Below are positions 51,201-64,000 of a stretch of DNA of 64,000 nt, in pieces. A program made the translations under genes and the position numbers. Positions within the stretch are counted from its first letter, which is position 1. Each line of letters begins with the position of its first letter. The notes beneath the pieces are model-generated. The model did no database searches, was not told where the DNA came from, and worked only from the letters and a program-made list of their open reading frames with translations. The DNA is from Heptranchias perlo (lineage: Eukaryota). Location: assembly GCF_035084215.1 (NCBI RefSeq), contig NC_090340.1, forward strand, positions 4,836,001 through 4,900,000. The letters run 5' to 3'.

Positions 51201-51470
51201 GTCTAAAACAAAGGGACGTGGAAATTATATTAGATGCAAGAGATTTAGGACACAGTGCAGGAGAAACCTTTATACACAAGAAGGTTGCGAGGCAGTGGAA
51301 TGCACTGCTGGAGATTGTGATTTAAGCAGAGGCTAGCTATGTGGTTGAAGGGTGGGGGAGTAAAGGAATATGGGAATAGGACAGGCATTTGCTAATGCTC
51401 GTTTGGAACATAAACGCCAACATGGACTGGATGGGCCGATTGGCCTGTGTCTGCGTTGTAATTTCTATGT
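48235..51470. mobile_element. Degenerate CR1 fragments: (-) 48235-48990, (-) 49785-50890, (+) 50890-51470; an unrelated DNA-element-like insert at about 48990-49785
   Basis: ORFs 48491-48691, 49759-49977 and 50057-50431 carry CR1 ORF2 motifs. Confidence 0.75.
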
Positions 51471-54400
51471 AACTCTAGTTTGTAGGGCCTTTTCACAGTA
51501 AAGATTTTCTTTTGAACAGTTTAATATACCAAACAGACTAAGATTTGGTTTGCAAGGTTTTTTCTAAAATGGAATAAAAGAAAAGGCACTTCTCAAGACT
51601 GATTTGCAATGTTGGATGCTGTACATTGATGTGATAATCATTGTGTTGCTGTGTTTTTTAAACTAGGAACCCACCCACAATTCGCTCTTTGTCTTTGCTT
51701 CCCTCAGACAGGGTCCTTGCTAGGCCAAGGCATCAGGTAATGGTTCTGTTTTGTAGAAAATCAACCAGTGGTTCACGACGTTTCCAGTCATCGGCCTGTC
51801 TTGAAATGACTCGTCCTTTCGACCTCCAGTAGGAGGCGTCAATGTTTTTGGTTTGAAAGTAAAAGTTGGATTGCACCTCCCTTCGGTTTTTGCAACAGAT
51901 TCTCATATTGATTTATTCAATCTCTGATCCTCAGGCATCACGTACATTGGCAGCAGCTCATTTGATCTCACTGCTGTACATAGATCTTCTGTTACAGCTG
52001 CAGGTCCAAATCAGGAATACCTCTCTTGAATTTCAGTTGATGAGCGGATGTGGAATGGTGCAATTATAGCTCTTAGGAAAGGGCTTTCCATGGTCAGTAT
52101 GGAATATTTATTGGGGGGAGATTTTCAATTTGGTGCCCGGGCGTAAAACTGGTATTGCGGATTGGGTGTCTGTTACTTAAACTGACTATTTTCCATTGAG
52201 CTCAATGGAACTGAGAATTGGGCAGTTTCTACAATTGGCAGTTCCATAACACCAAATTTACTCAGGTGGCAAGCTGAAAATTTACCCCATGGGCTCTGGG
52301 AGTCAATGACATCAAATGGGAGCAATTTGTCGTCTCGCGTCAGCATCAACTCGTTGGACTTATATCATCGTCTTTATTGAGTATCTTTCATCGATGGACA
52401 AGCGCCATCGTGCAAGGAACCTCATAGGTTAAAGGTCGCAGCAGAGAAGACCAAATAACTTCGGATGAAATGTTTGATAACAACAGGTTGTCCGTCTGTT
52501 GGGAAAGGGGCCTGAGGTAAGGAATTCAACAGGAAATATATTTCATTGTCCATTGAAAATTGGGCAGTGTATAATAGCAACTGTTGATTCGCCATCGCCC
52601 GTTTTGCACTGTGACCAAGCCGAATTTCACCCCCAACGTGTAGGACAAGACATTTGAAGCTTAGGGACAAGGCTGGAAAGTTCAGAGAAACATTAGCCAC
52701 GTTAGTATTAGACACAAAGCAAGAGTGATTGGAAAAGAGTGAGTAAACTCAAGATAGAAGTAATCAGCCAACAAACCGATTGTGTTCTGTACAAGGGTGT
52801 GGGAGAGGTGTTCGAGCTTCCGATTGGAGCAGCATTCGAGTCTTGAACAGGCTTAGGCTATTTAGTAAGATCACAGTTGTTAAGTGGAACGGTGGGGGTT
52901 CTGACACTCCTTGGTGCACTCTCTGCTTGAGCTTGTCTCTTTTTCAACTCCTGCCCAATTAGGTCACAAACTATTTCAGCTGCTCAATCAACCTAATTAC
53001 AGAGCCAGTGAGTGCTGCTCACCTTCTAAGTATTAAGGGCAATTCACTACAATTGTACAAATTTAAATTTAAAGTTCAGTTAAAGAAATTAACTGAACAA
53101 AACACAAGAAATTCTGAGCTGCTTGCCCAATACTCACCTCTGCTCACCACTGAATTCCCACTCTAACACTTCTTAAAAGTTCTGTTTTTCACTCTGTTCC
53201 TACCGCACTTCATTACCAGCTCATGCCAAAGAATCATAGAACCTTACAGCACAGAAGGAGGCCATTTGGCCCATCGTGCATGCGGCGGCTCTTTGAAAGA
53301 GCTATCCAATTAGTCCCACTGCCCTAATCTTCCCCCGTAGCCTCCTGGACACAATTCACAAACAGAGCATTGGCAGAACTGTCAATTTACTTTTATCGAG
53401 CAGTAAGAGGGATCACCTGACCACTCTAGGGGAGGAGGGGCCAGAGGAATCACGACGTTCCGTGGGGGAGGAGCTAATGTGCAGGAAATCAGTGACGGCC
53501 CGAGGATGGATTGTCTGAGTGTCATGACATCACCCGTGGACCAAGTATGACAGGCAGTGGGAATCCTGTGCTTTATCTTCAGTGTAATGTGCAGCTGAAT
53601 TTTCATTAACAGCGTTATTAGGCATTTTCAGTTAATACCTCATTTCACTGATTCAGGCAAGAGAGGTGTTCATCCATTAAAAAAACATTCAGCAGTACTT
53701 CGTGGAGTGGATGTTCAACTTGCGCCTGGACGTAAATTGTGTTTAATGATTTTAAAAAGCCACGAACATTGATGATTTGAAAAAGACAAAAATCCGCTTT
53801 CTAAACCTGAATTTCTCTGTTCAGTGGGTCAGTGTGGGTCAGTCCCTTCAATATAGAGCAGAGGGTCCCATCCTTCAGCCCCCAGTCTGTGCTTAGGTAG
53901 TTGATTTCACCCAGGTTATTTGTTAAAGGTGTTAGAATGTTTCGGGAAACAGGGAACAGAGTGAATAGATCAATGTGAGTGTACGAGCGAATAAGGGTAA
54001 AACATACAGTTCCTGAAATACAAAAGTATGGGTGGCGTGGTGGAATAAGATGAATATAAAAATCAGCTAAGGGGGTTAAAGAAGTGTTTGGAGAGTTAAA
54101 ATAGGAAATTAAGTTCGGATAGCAGGGAGATTAAAACAAGGTCAGCAATTTCTAGAAATGTATCCGCAGCAAACAAAAACTAAACGGCGGGAGTATCTGA
54201 AAATCCCAAAGATGGCAGGATAATTAACTGAAAATAGAAGAAAGAAAAGATGCAAATACCAGAAATCCGAAACACAATGAGAAAATGCTGGCAGGGCAGG
54301 TGAGTCAAAATCTGTAAAAAGAAAAACACAAGTGAAAGTTTTCAGTTGTAGATCCTTTGTCAGAAATGGAAACTGAAAGTGGAGCGAGTATTTTAGTAGG

Positions 54401-55649
54401 GCTGGAAATAAAGACAAGGGAGGAAGAAATTCTCCGTGGCTTAAAAAGTGGTCTTTTAAAGCCCGCTGATGAATTTTGGGTAAACCAAAATGGTTAATAC
54501 AGATCAACACAAACGCTTGAAGGGTGTTCTAGGCCAAAGAAGTGTTTCGAGTGAAATTTGGAAGGTGAAGGGGGCCAATTTCCCCAGGGATTCTGTCGAT
54601 CAGCCGCCTTAACATCAGCAGAAGATCAGCGGAAGTGCCGATCACCTTTGTGCGATGGTGAATCGAGCGACCACTATGAAATCCCCGGATTAATTGTTTA
54701 ACATGACAGCAGTAAACTTGTAAAGTACATCACACTGTTATGAAATGGTGCACATGTCTGACAGCACAGCGAGAAAGGCGACTGTTTATACAGAGAGATA
54801 ATGTACATACAACGTTAGCTGAGCTCTGACGAGAAGAAGGCGACCAAAGAAAGAAGACCATGATCCGAGGTGAAGATTCTCTGCAGGAGTTTCTTGAGGT
54901 GAAGATCAGCAACCTTGAAATAGTTAAATATCTGATGCTATAACAGCCAATCACCCAGATGTAAACTACTGTCCATCCTAACCCATTAGGGGAGTAGCAT
55001 GGATGATCTGGCATTAAATACACAGGTAATTTGATAAACGCATGGTAATCCTTGGCACTGGACATCGAGTACCCCTCCGCTCATATTGTTTACATATTCT
55101 ACAGATTTACTTTCCCAGCCTTATTACAATACTCACGTCTTCAGGTATCTCAACTAATGTGCAGCCCATGAACGACTGTTGACACAGGTTGCTGTCCATT
55201 CTGTCCCATTCTATCAGAGCTGCAGTCTCTGCTTCCATGGAGGAAAAGGCACAGACTGGTCCCTGGCCGCTTCTGAGGATTGGGGGTTTGCTGCTGTTTC
55301 CAGTGAGCCGTCCACATGCTCCATTGATGCCTGCAATGAAGAGAAAGCTTCTCAGATGTTGGGGCAAATTTAACCTGTAGACTCAATGCCTGCCAGTTGC
55401 CGCATATGCTCCAAGACTGACCTCAGAGCCTGCACATAGTTATGATGTTCCTCAAACATCCTTTTCAGGTGAGCACCCATGTGTGGGACCCCAACTCTAA
55501 ATTCATGGGCAGCCTTCTTATTTCACTGCGCTGGAAGCTGGCACCTCCTCATCCTTTCCCCACTCCTCCAGTTCCTTGGTGATCCATCAATTAGCTAATG
55601 CCACATCTTCACTAACACAAATTCTCCCGAGATGAAAGTACCTAAACTT

Positions 55650-56092
55650 ACCATGGCTCAGTTGGTAGCGCTCTCAGCTCTGTGTCACAGCTCTCTGTCC
55701 CACTCCTGAGGCTAGAACACAAAATCTAGGCTGACACTCCAGTGCAGTACTGAGGGAGTGCTGCACTGTCGGAGGTCCCGACTTTCAGCTGAGACTGTAA
55801 ACCGAGACCTCGTCTGCCATCTCAGGTGGAGGTAAAATATCCTATGGCACTATTTCAAAGAACAGGGGAGTTCTTCCCGTGTACTGACCAATATTTATGC
55901 CTCAATCAATACCTAAAACGGATTATCAAGTCATTATCACATTGCTGTTTATGGGATCTTGCTGTGTGCAAATTAGCTCCCGTATTTTCTACATTGCAAC
56001 AGTGAGTACACCTCAAAAGTACCTCATTGGCTTTCAAGCGCTTTTGGACGTGCTGAAGTTGTGAAAGGGGCTATATGAATGGAAGTCTTTCA
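55650..56092 (+). mobile_element. DeuSINE (SacSINE1-like): tRNA-like head, Deu central domain, L2-type tail
   Basis: TGGCTCAGTTGGTAG A-box; Deu-like core (cagtactgagggagtgctgcactgtcggagg...aaaccgag...tcctatggcactattt...ccaatatttat); tail gtgaaaggggctatatgaatggaagtcttt. Confidence 0.8.
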
Positions 56093-56289
56093 TCCGTGTG
56101 AGTGAAAAAGCAAGTGATGCAGTGAGTGAGATGAAGAGGGATTGTGGTAGATGAGCACAAGGTACAACCTTCGTCCACAAACCCATGGGTGAGCTTGACC
56201 TTTACCTCACCCACTTCATCATCATCCTCTTCGCCTCTCTCATGCTTATCATCAAGGATGCCACTGTGACTCTATGTCTATGTTACTAT

Positions 56290-59200
56290 GCAACAACAAC
56301 AACTTGCATTTGTATAGCGCCTTTAATGTTGTAAAACGTTCCAATATGCTTCACATGAGCATTATCAGACAGAATTTGACAACAAGCTATATAAAATCCT
56401 ACAATCATAGAATGGTTACAGCACAGAAGGAGGCCATTCGGCCCATTGAACCTGTGACGGCTCTTTGAAAGAACAATCCAGAGAGTCCCATTCCCTCGCT
56501 CTTTCACTGTAGCCCTGCAATTCTTTTCCCTTCAAATATTTAACCAATTCCTTCTTGAAAGCCATGGTTGAATCTGCTTCCTCTTTTGTTATTCATTCAT
56601 GGGTTGTGGGCGTTGCTGGCAAGGTCAGCATTTATTGCCCATCCCTAGTTGCCCTTGAGAAGGTGGTGGTGAGCCGCCTTCTTGAACCGCTGCAGTCCAT
56701 GTGATGAAGGTTCTCCCACAGTGCTGTTAGATAGGAAGTTCCAGGATTTTGACCCAGCAACGATGATGGATCGGCGATATATTTCCAAGTCGGGATTGTG
56801 TGTGACTTGTAGGGGAACGTGCAGGTGGTGTTGTTCCTGTGTGCCTGCTGCCTTTGTCCTTCTAGGTGGTAGAGGTTGTGGGTTTGGGAGGTGCTGTCGA
56901 AGAAGCCTTGGTGAGTTGCTGCAGTGCATCCTGTAGGTGGTACACACTGCAACTACAGTGCGCCGGTGGTGAAGGAAATGAAAGTTTGGGGTGGTGCATG
57001 GGGTGCCAATGAAGCGGGCTGCTTTATCCTGGATGGTGTCGAGTTTCTTGAGTGTTGTTGGAGCTGCACTCATCCAGGCAAGTGGAGAGTATTCCATCAC
57101 ACTCCTGACTTGCCTTGTAGATGTTGGAAAGGCTTTGGTCGGGGGTGGGGGGGGGGAGTGCAGGAGGTGAGCCTTTTACCTGCTCTTGTAGCCACAGTAT
57201 TTATATGGCTGGTCCAGTTACGTTTCTGGTCAATGGTGACCCCCAGGATGTTGATGGTGGGGGATTCAGCGATGGTAATGCCGTTGAATGTACCACCACT
57301 CTTTCTGGCAGTGTATTCCAGATCGTAACAACCCGCTACGTAAAAAAAGATTTTCCACAAACCGCCTTTGGTTCTTTTGCCAGTCATTTTAAATCTGTGT
57401 CCTCTGGTTCTCAACCCTTCCACCATTAGGAACTCTTTCTCTCTATCTACTCCATCTAAATCCTTCATGATTTTGAACAGTTGTATCAAATCTACTCTTT
57501 ACCTTCTCTGCTCTATGGAGAACAACCCCAGCTTCTCCAGTCTCTCCACGTAACTGAAGTCCCTCATCCCTGGAACCATTCTAGTAAATCGTTTCTGCAC
57601 CCTCTCAAAGGCGTTTACATCCTTCCTAAACTGCCGTGCCCAGAATTGGATGTAATACTCCATTTGTGGCCAAACCAGTGTTTTATAAATAGAGGCATGG
57701 AGTACCTCTACCTCCAACTCCTCCTTTGAGATGCTCCTTTAAACCTATCTCTTTGAGCAATCTTTTGGTCACCTGTCCTAACATCTCCTTGTAACATAAA
57801 AGGGAATCCAAAAGGCTTCTATAGGCATATAAATAGTAAACGGGTAGTAAGAGGAGGGGTGGGGCAAATTAGGGACCAAAAAGGTGATCTACACCAGGAG
57901 ATGGAGGGCATAGCTGTGGTACTAAATGAGCACTTTGCATCTGTCTTTACCAAGGAAGAAGATCCTGCCAAAGCCACAGGAGAAGAGGGGGTAGGTGAGA
58001 TACTGTCCTGCCACTTCCAAAGATTTGTGTACACATACCCCCAGGTCACTCTGTTCCTGCACCCCCTTTAAAATTGTACCATTCCTCATTCTCCTCATTC
58101 TTCCTGACAAAATGTATCACTTTGCACTTCTCTGCATTAAATTTCATCTGCCACGTGTCCGTCCATTCACCAGCCTGTCTGCCCTCTTGAAGTCTATCAC
58201 TATCCTCCTCACTGTTTACTACAATTCCAAGTTTTGTGTCATCTGCAAATTTTGAAATTGTGACCCGGACACCCAATGGTCCTATTACCGACCCCTGGGG
58301 AACACCACTGTATAACTTCCTCCAGTCCGATAAACAGCCGTTCACCACTACTCTCTGTTTCCTGTCACTTAGCCAATTTCATATCCATGCTGCCACTGCC
58401 CTTTTATTCCATGGGCTTCAATTTTGCTGACAAGCCTATTATGTAGTACTTTATCAAATGCCTTTGAGAGTCCATATACACAATATCAACCGTATTGCCC
58501 TCATCAATCCTCCCTGTTAACTTATCAAAAAACTCAATCAAGTTAGTTAAACACGATTTGCCCTTAACAAATCCATGCTGGCTTTCCTTTATTAATCCAC
58601 ACTTGTCCAAGTGACTATTAATTTTGTCCCGGATTATCATTTTTAAAAGCTTCCCCATCACCGAGGTTAAACTGACTGGCCTGTTGCTGGGTTTATCCTT
58701 ACACCCTTTTTTGAACAAGGGTGTAACATTTGCAATTCTCCAGTCCTCTGGCACCACCCCAATATCTAAGGAGTATTGGAAGACTATGACCAGCATCTCT
58801 GTAATTTCAACCTTTACATCCCTCAGCAACATAAGATGCATCCCATCCGGACCGAGTGACTTATCTACTTTAAGCATAACCAGCCTTTCTAGTACCTCTT
58901 CTTTATCAATTTTCACCCCATCCAGTATCTCAACTATCTCCTCTTTTACTGAGACTCTGGCAGCATCTTCTTCCTTGGCAAAGACAGATGCAAAGTACTA
59001 ATTTAGTATCTCAGCCATGCCCTCTGCTTCTTTTGTAGATCTCCTTCATGGTCCCTAATCAGCCCCACCCCTCCTCTTACTACCCGTTTACTGTTTATAT
59101 GCCTATAGAAGACTTTTGGATTCCCTTTTATGTTATAAGGAGATGTTAGGACAGGTGACCAAAAGATTGGTCAAAGAGGTAGGTTTTAAGGAGCATCTCA

Positions 59201-59520
59201 AAGGAGGAGTTAGAGGTAGAGAGGAGGAGAGGTTTAGGGAGGGAATTCCAGAGTTTAGAGTCTAGGCTGTTGAAAGCACAGCTGCCAATGGTGGGACGAT
59301 GAAAATCAGGGACACGCAAGAGGCCAGAATTGGAGGAGCACAGAGATCTCGGAGGGTTGTAGGATTGGAAGAGGTTACAAAGATAGGGAGGGGCGAGACC
59401 ATAGAGTGATTTGAACATGAGGATAAGAATTTTAAAATTCACAGCAGCCAGTGTAGATCAGTGAGCACAGGGTTAATCGCTGAACGGGACTTGGTACGAG
59501 TTAGGGTACAGGCAGAAGAG
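56290..59520. mobile_element. Nested LINE cluster: L2 tail, CR1 (-), family B fragment (-) 56585-57290, CR1 RT (-) 58010-59135, L2 (-) 59140-59520
   Basis: ORFs 56645-57100, 57499-57717, 58046-58348, 58404-58916, 59146-59442. Confidence 0.88.
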
Positions 59521-60447
59521 TTAAATCAGCTGTTCGATGCCACTTGTCACACACTCCTCAGGTGCTTTCCTTCACCCAATCCACTCAACCTTTTTGCAGG
59601 AGATACTTGTGCACAATCTCCGTGAGAGGTAGGGGGACAGCGGAGCATCCCTGAAATGACCCTGAATGAGGAGCAGACCATGACGCTGATGGGGAGGCAC
59701 TCGGATGGCGAGGTTGGTGGCCGACCACTGGTTTAGCCATTCATCACCAGATCTCGCTGGAATGTAAAGATAACCCCCAGCTTCTCTTCTCCACTACAAA
59801 CCGTCTTCTTAAACCCCTCTCCCCTGCCTTGTTGTTGTTGTGGTATCATCCTATTACAGTAGAGGAAGGGAATTAGAGTTATTCGTGTAATTAGGGGGAG
59901 TCAGGGACACCTACTGCACAATCTTAGTTAGTAGCACCCCTTAGGGAGAGTGCAGTGTGAACGGTTAGTTGTGCAGTTGTTAATTTTAGAGGATGAAGAT
60001 TGCACAGGTGCCCAAGGAAGGAATTGGTGAATGTCCGGTTTATTACCTTGCCTGACCTGCTCTGGTCATTGAACTTCTTGCGGCGTTGGTATTTGGTTCT
60101 GGGGGTGAGAGTTGGCATTGATTGGCAGTGCCAGCTCCCTACACATGGCATGAGAGACATTTCATGGACGTATCCTCCAATGGACACATGTCAGGTCATT
60201 TTGACTTTTGTTGATAGAGTAAAACGTATGATATCAATTCAACCACCTGTTATATAGCTCTTCCAATTTTCATTTCCATTGAAGTCAAAATTCTGCAGGG
60301 GTTTTCCCAGTATCCCAGATACTACAAGATCAGTGGAATCCCCAATGCAATGGGTAAACAACCATTTTCAGGCATTTCCAGTGAATTCTGCCAGTGTAAC
60401 AACAGGAGACAAAGAGAATCCCAGTGAAATTTAAGCTTCTAACACCA

Positions 60448-61076
60448 GGGGGATAATTTTAACCTCCAAGAACTGGTGGGTTGGGGGTGGTTGGGAGGTT
60501 AAAATAACAGCTTTTTGTACTGGGACCACATCCGGGCTCCAAATCGCCAACTTCCGGGTTTGAGCCAGGCCAGTTTGGATACGTGCACACAACAGACACC
60601 AACAAGTCCCACCCCCACTTAAAGCCGGCAGGCCAATAATTGATATTATTACTGCGATGAGGTGATCTACCTCATTGTTACAGTTGAGACATTTAAGTGT
60701 TTGTGTATCACAAAAGTGAAATGAATTTAACCTTATCTGCTCAGGTTTCCCATCACTCCCAATTCACATCAGTGAAAGTAGGCGGGAAGGGCCGGATCCA
60801 TAAGGCGAGTGCCTTTATTGCACTTCTTGTGGGCCCGGAGGAGCAGGAGTGCTTCAACCAGGCCCAACAAGTTCAGCTGGCGTGACATGACCCTGTGATC
60901 GGCCGATTGCGCCACCCACCCCGCCCCCCCCCTCCCGCCGATGCTGGGCCTCCCCCCAATCCTGATGCTGGACCTCCCCCTACTCTGATTTGTTCTCCCT
61001 CCCCCCACCATTTGCCGCATTCTTTCCCTTCTGACAGTCAGCCAGCCTCTCTGCTCCAAGTTAAAATCTTGCCCCA
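60448..61076. mobile_element. Non-autonomous DNA element with terminal inverted repeats (GGGGGATAATTTTAAC ... GTTAAAATCTTGCCCC), possibly Harbinger-type
   Basis: Imperfect TIRs beginning GGG; no transposase ORF. Confidence 0.5.
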
Positions 61077-62649
61077 GAGCTGTACAATCCTCTTCCTGAT
61101 GTGACTCAAATGTCAAGAAAATAGCATTTGTTTAACAACACTGGTCTCTATTGGCAATGAAACAAATTTCAGGCAAGATTCACAAATGAAACTTAATTTT
61201 TCTCACTGAGCTTCATTTGATTGACTCTCAATCACTGGGGGGCGAAATTGGACCGCCTCGATGCCCATTTTTGGGCACAAAACTGGAGCAAAAAGGTCCA
61301 ATTTCACGGGTTATGTCCCGCGTCCCATGCCTGAAAGATGCCCAATGCCATTCTGGGTCGGATGATATTCAGGCATCCCTGGTGGCCGCCTAAAATCGGT
61401 TCTCGGACCCCTGTATATACTATTGAGGGGCCTAGCGCCTGTTTAAGGAACCCTCCCTGAAATTGGTCAGCCCTCTTCTCCATTCCACTTGAAACATCCT
61501 GTGGTTCTGGTGAGGGGGTTAGAAAGGGGGGAATGGAGGGAAAAGCAGAGGGCTGAGAACTGTGGGAAGGAGGAGGGAAATGAGGGGGAAGACAAGTGAA
61601 GGGAGGAGGGAGGAAAGGAGGTGGGCAGGAGTAGGGTGGGATGAAATGGGAGCAGTGCGGGATGGGGAAGGAAGAGGGCGAAAGGAAAGAGGGCTAGATG
61701 GAGCAAGGAAGGCCGAAGGACAAAGAGGAAGGTGGGGAGTGCTGGGTACCTTGCATTTTTTGTGTATGTTGTCTCATATTTTGGGTTCTTACTCTTAGTT
61801 TGTATGGAGGCTCAGATTAGTGCGAAATCACACACAGTCTCCTGGTTTTGACACGTGTATCCGCCCCTTCCCAGTTCCAATGGGTGGGATGTCCCAGCTG
61901 TAACGTGTCGGTGAGACACTAAAACCACAAAGAGTCGCAGTAACGTGTTGCCTAAAACCGAACTATTCCCAAAGACTCAGATCAGATGATCCAACAGAGT
62001 GAGGGTCAGGATCCTGCAGTGCACACAGTGACCAGGAGGTGGCCTCACCTCGCTAACATTCTGCTAAAGAACTTTTTAACTATTCAGATCTCAGCGACTG
62101 CAGACGAATTTCTGCTCCCCCTGGGCCAGTGGGTTGTTTGTTCCAGATTATCACAAATGTAGGAGCTGCTGCAGAATTCTCTCTGATTCGATTTACCTCT
62201 TGGCCCCGAACAAAAAGGGCGGTGGTCCATCCCAATGACTCAGAGACAGAAGGGGTGATTTTAACCCTGCCCGCCTGCAGATTTACCCTCCGACATCCCG
62301 CATCCTGCCCGGCACCTTCCATTTGAATCTGCTCTTCTAAGCAGGCGGCATGGACGCCCGTCTATAGTCAGTGGGGTCTTTCTCTAAATATACAGATCCG
62401 GGTCCGATGACATCATCGGTCCCCACTGCAATTTTAACTCTGGCCTGAGCGGGGAGATTGTGTTTCAAAATCGCCCAGACCTCAAGCTGCAGAGGTCACA
62501 GGGCGGAAGAGAGGAGGGGGGAGGGTGGTGGGTGATTGGTCCTCGCCCTTGGCCCCCGGCCGCCCGATTCCCGCTCCGAGTTTTGCGGGTACAGAATAGA
62601 AAGCCCCAGATTCAACCCAGGTCTTTGCTGATTTAGTTAGCATGAGGAG

Positions 62650-62847
62650 CATTGGTACAGACAAAAAACTGACCCCTGAGACACTGGTACAGAGAAACAA
62701 CTGGCCTCCAAGTCACGGGTACAGAGAAACAGCTGGCCTCAAACTGACTTGTGCAGACAAACAACTGGCCTCTGAGTCACTGGTACAGAGGAACAACTGG
62801 AATCAGGGACATTGATGCAGAGCAACAACTGGAATCAGGGACATTGG
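62650..62847. repeat. About 32-bp minisatellite, about 6 degenerate copies (CACTGGTACAGAGAAACAACTGGCCTC...)
   Basis: Visible tandem array. Confidence 0.8.
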
Positions 62848-63224
62848 GTTCGGCAGTGAAAATCTCAGCTAAAATCTCTCTCCAGTGATCCTCGAGTAGA
62901 ATACGCTTATATGTGGATATTGGACAGTGTCATTTCAATTAGTCAAGTTCTGCAGCAGAGAGGAGACAGTAATGAGTGGGGAGATCCTGCTTCTACAACG
63001 AGCCTGTGCAATTCTGACCTGCATTCAGTATCTCTGCCCGGCTGGTGCAAGGGCATCAGGAGCCACGGTTGAGAGGGCAGCCTTGGTCTGTGAGGAACCC
63101 TGTCGATCTTAAAATGAAACCATTGTGCCTGCTCTCTGAGAATCAGGCATTGACCTGCATCATGCAGTGTTCCTGGTCGCTGGCCTGCTCCACATAGTTT
63201 AAGAGAAAGCCCTTTCTATTTACA

Positions 63225-63790
63225 CGAACCTTTATAAATCACTGGTTATGCTCAGCTGGTGTATTGTGTCCAATTCAAGGCACCACACTTTAGGGAGGAT
63301 GTCAAAGCCCTGGACAGGGTGCAGAGGAGATTTACTAGAATGGTACAAGGGATGGGGGAGTTCAGTTATGTGGAGAAACTGGAGAAACTGGGGTCGCTCT
63401 CCTTAGAACAGAGAATGTTAAGGAGAGAATTAACAGAGGCGTTCAAAATTATCAGGGTTTTGATAGAGTAAATAAGGAGAAACTGTTTCCAGTGGCAGGA
63501 GGGTCAGTAACCAGAGGACACAAATTTAAGGTAATTGCCAAAAGTACCATAGGCGAGATGCGGGGAATATTTAGATGCAGCGAGTTGTTATGATCTGGAA
63601 TGCACTGCCTGAAAGGGCGGTGGAAACAGATTCAATAATAACTTTCAAAAGGAAATTGGATAAATACTTTAAAAGGAGAAATTTCCAGGTCTATGGGGAA
63701 AGAGCAGTGGAGTGGGACTGTTTCAAAGAGCAAGCACAGACACAATGGACCGAATGGCTCCTTTCTATGCTGTAAGATTCGATGATTCTA
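63225..63790 (+). mobile_element. CR1 3' fragment
   Basis: ORFs 63259-63471 and 63575-63775; gattc tail. Confidence 0.85.
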
Positions 63791-64000
63791 CTGTGGCGTT
63801 GTTCCATTAGAGTTGGAAGGGTACACGGGCACCGTTAACGGCCCCTATACACGGGGGAATGTGTTGGGATTGCACTACACTGTTACTCTGCTGTGGCTTG
63901 TCCCTGGGGATAGTGATGGAGGATTAGCACTGCTGAATAATGCATCAGTCACGTGTGTAAGGAAAGGGTTAATCAGACGATCCTGGAGGCCATCAATGTT

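Overview
Repeat-rich vertebrate genomic DNA, most likely from a cartilaginous fish (inferred from the CR1/L2/Deu-SINE repeat content). Much of it is CR1-group LINEs (two distinct families, often nested), L2 fragments, SINEs, hairpin MITE-like elements and minisatellites. Short spliced exons hidden among these form a cluster of SIRP-like immunoglobulin-superfamily receptor genes. (A) The 3' end of an inhibitory-type receptor (1-1848, +) has a SIRP-alpha-like four-tyrosine tail that appears partly disabled. (B) A complete leader-V(J-joined)-C1-TM-tail gene (13018-22805, +) has an N-x-x-R transmembrane motif typical of adaptor-coupled activating receptors. (C) A probable leader plus V-start relic lies at about 26.3-26.5 kb. 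(D) A minus-strand TM exon and terminal cytoplasmic exon (34199-35276) carry the second tyrosine motif amplified 13 times as a 24-bp tandem repeat (EETIVYGQ)n, ending in an ITSM-like TVYGQI and interrupted by an in-frame TAG. A CR1-group LINE with a tRNA-like head and no ORF1, and a SINE sharing its head and tail, are also present. All exon models are read by eye from splice signals and reading frames; repeat boundaries and identities are approximate.
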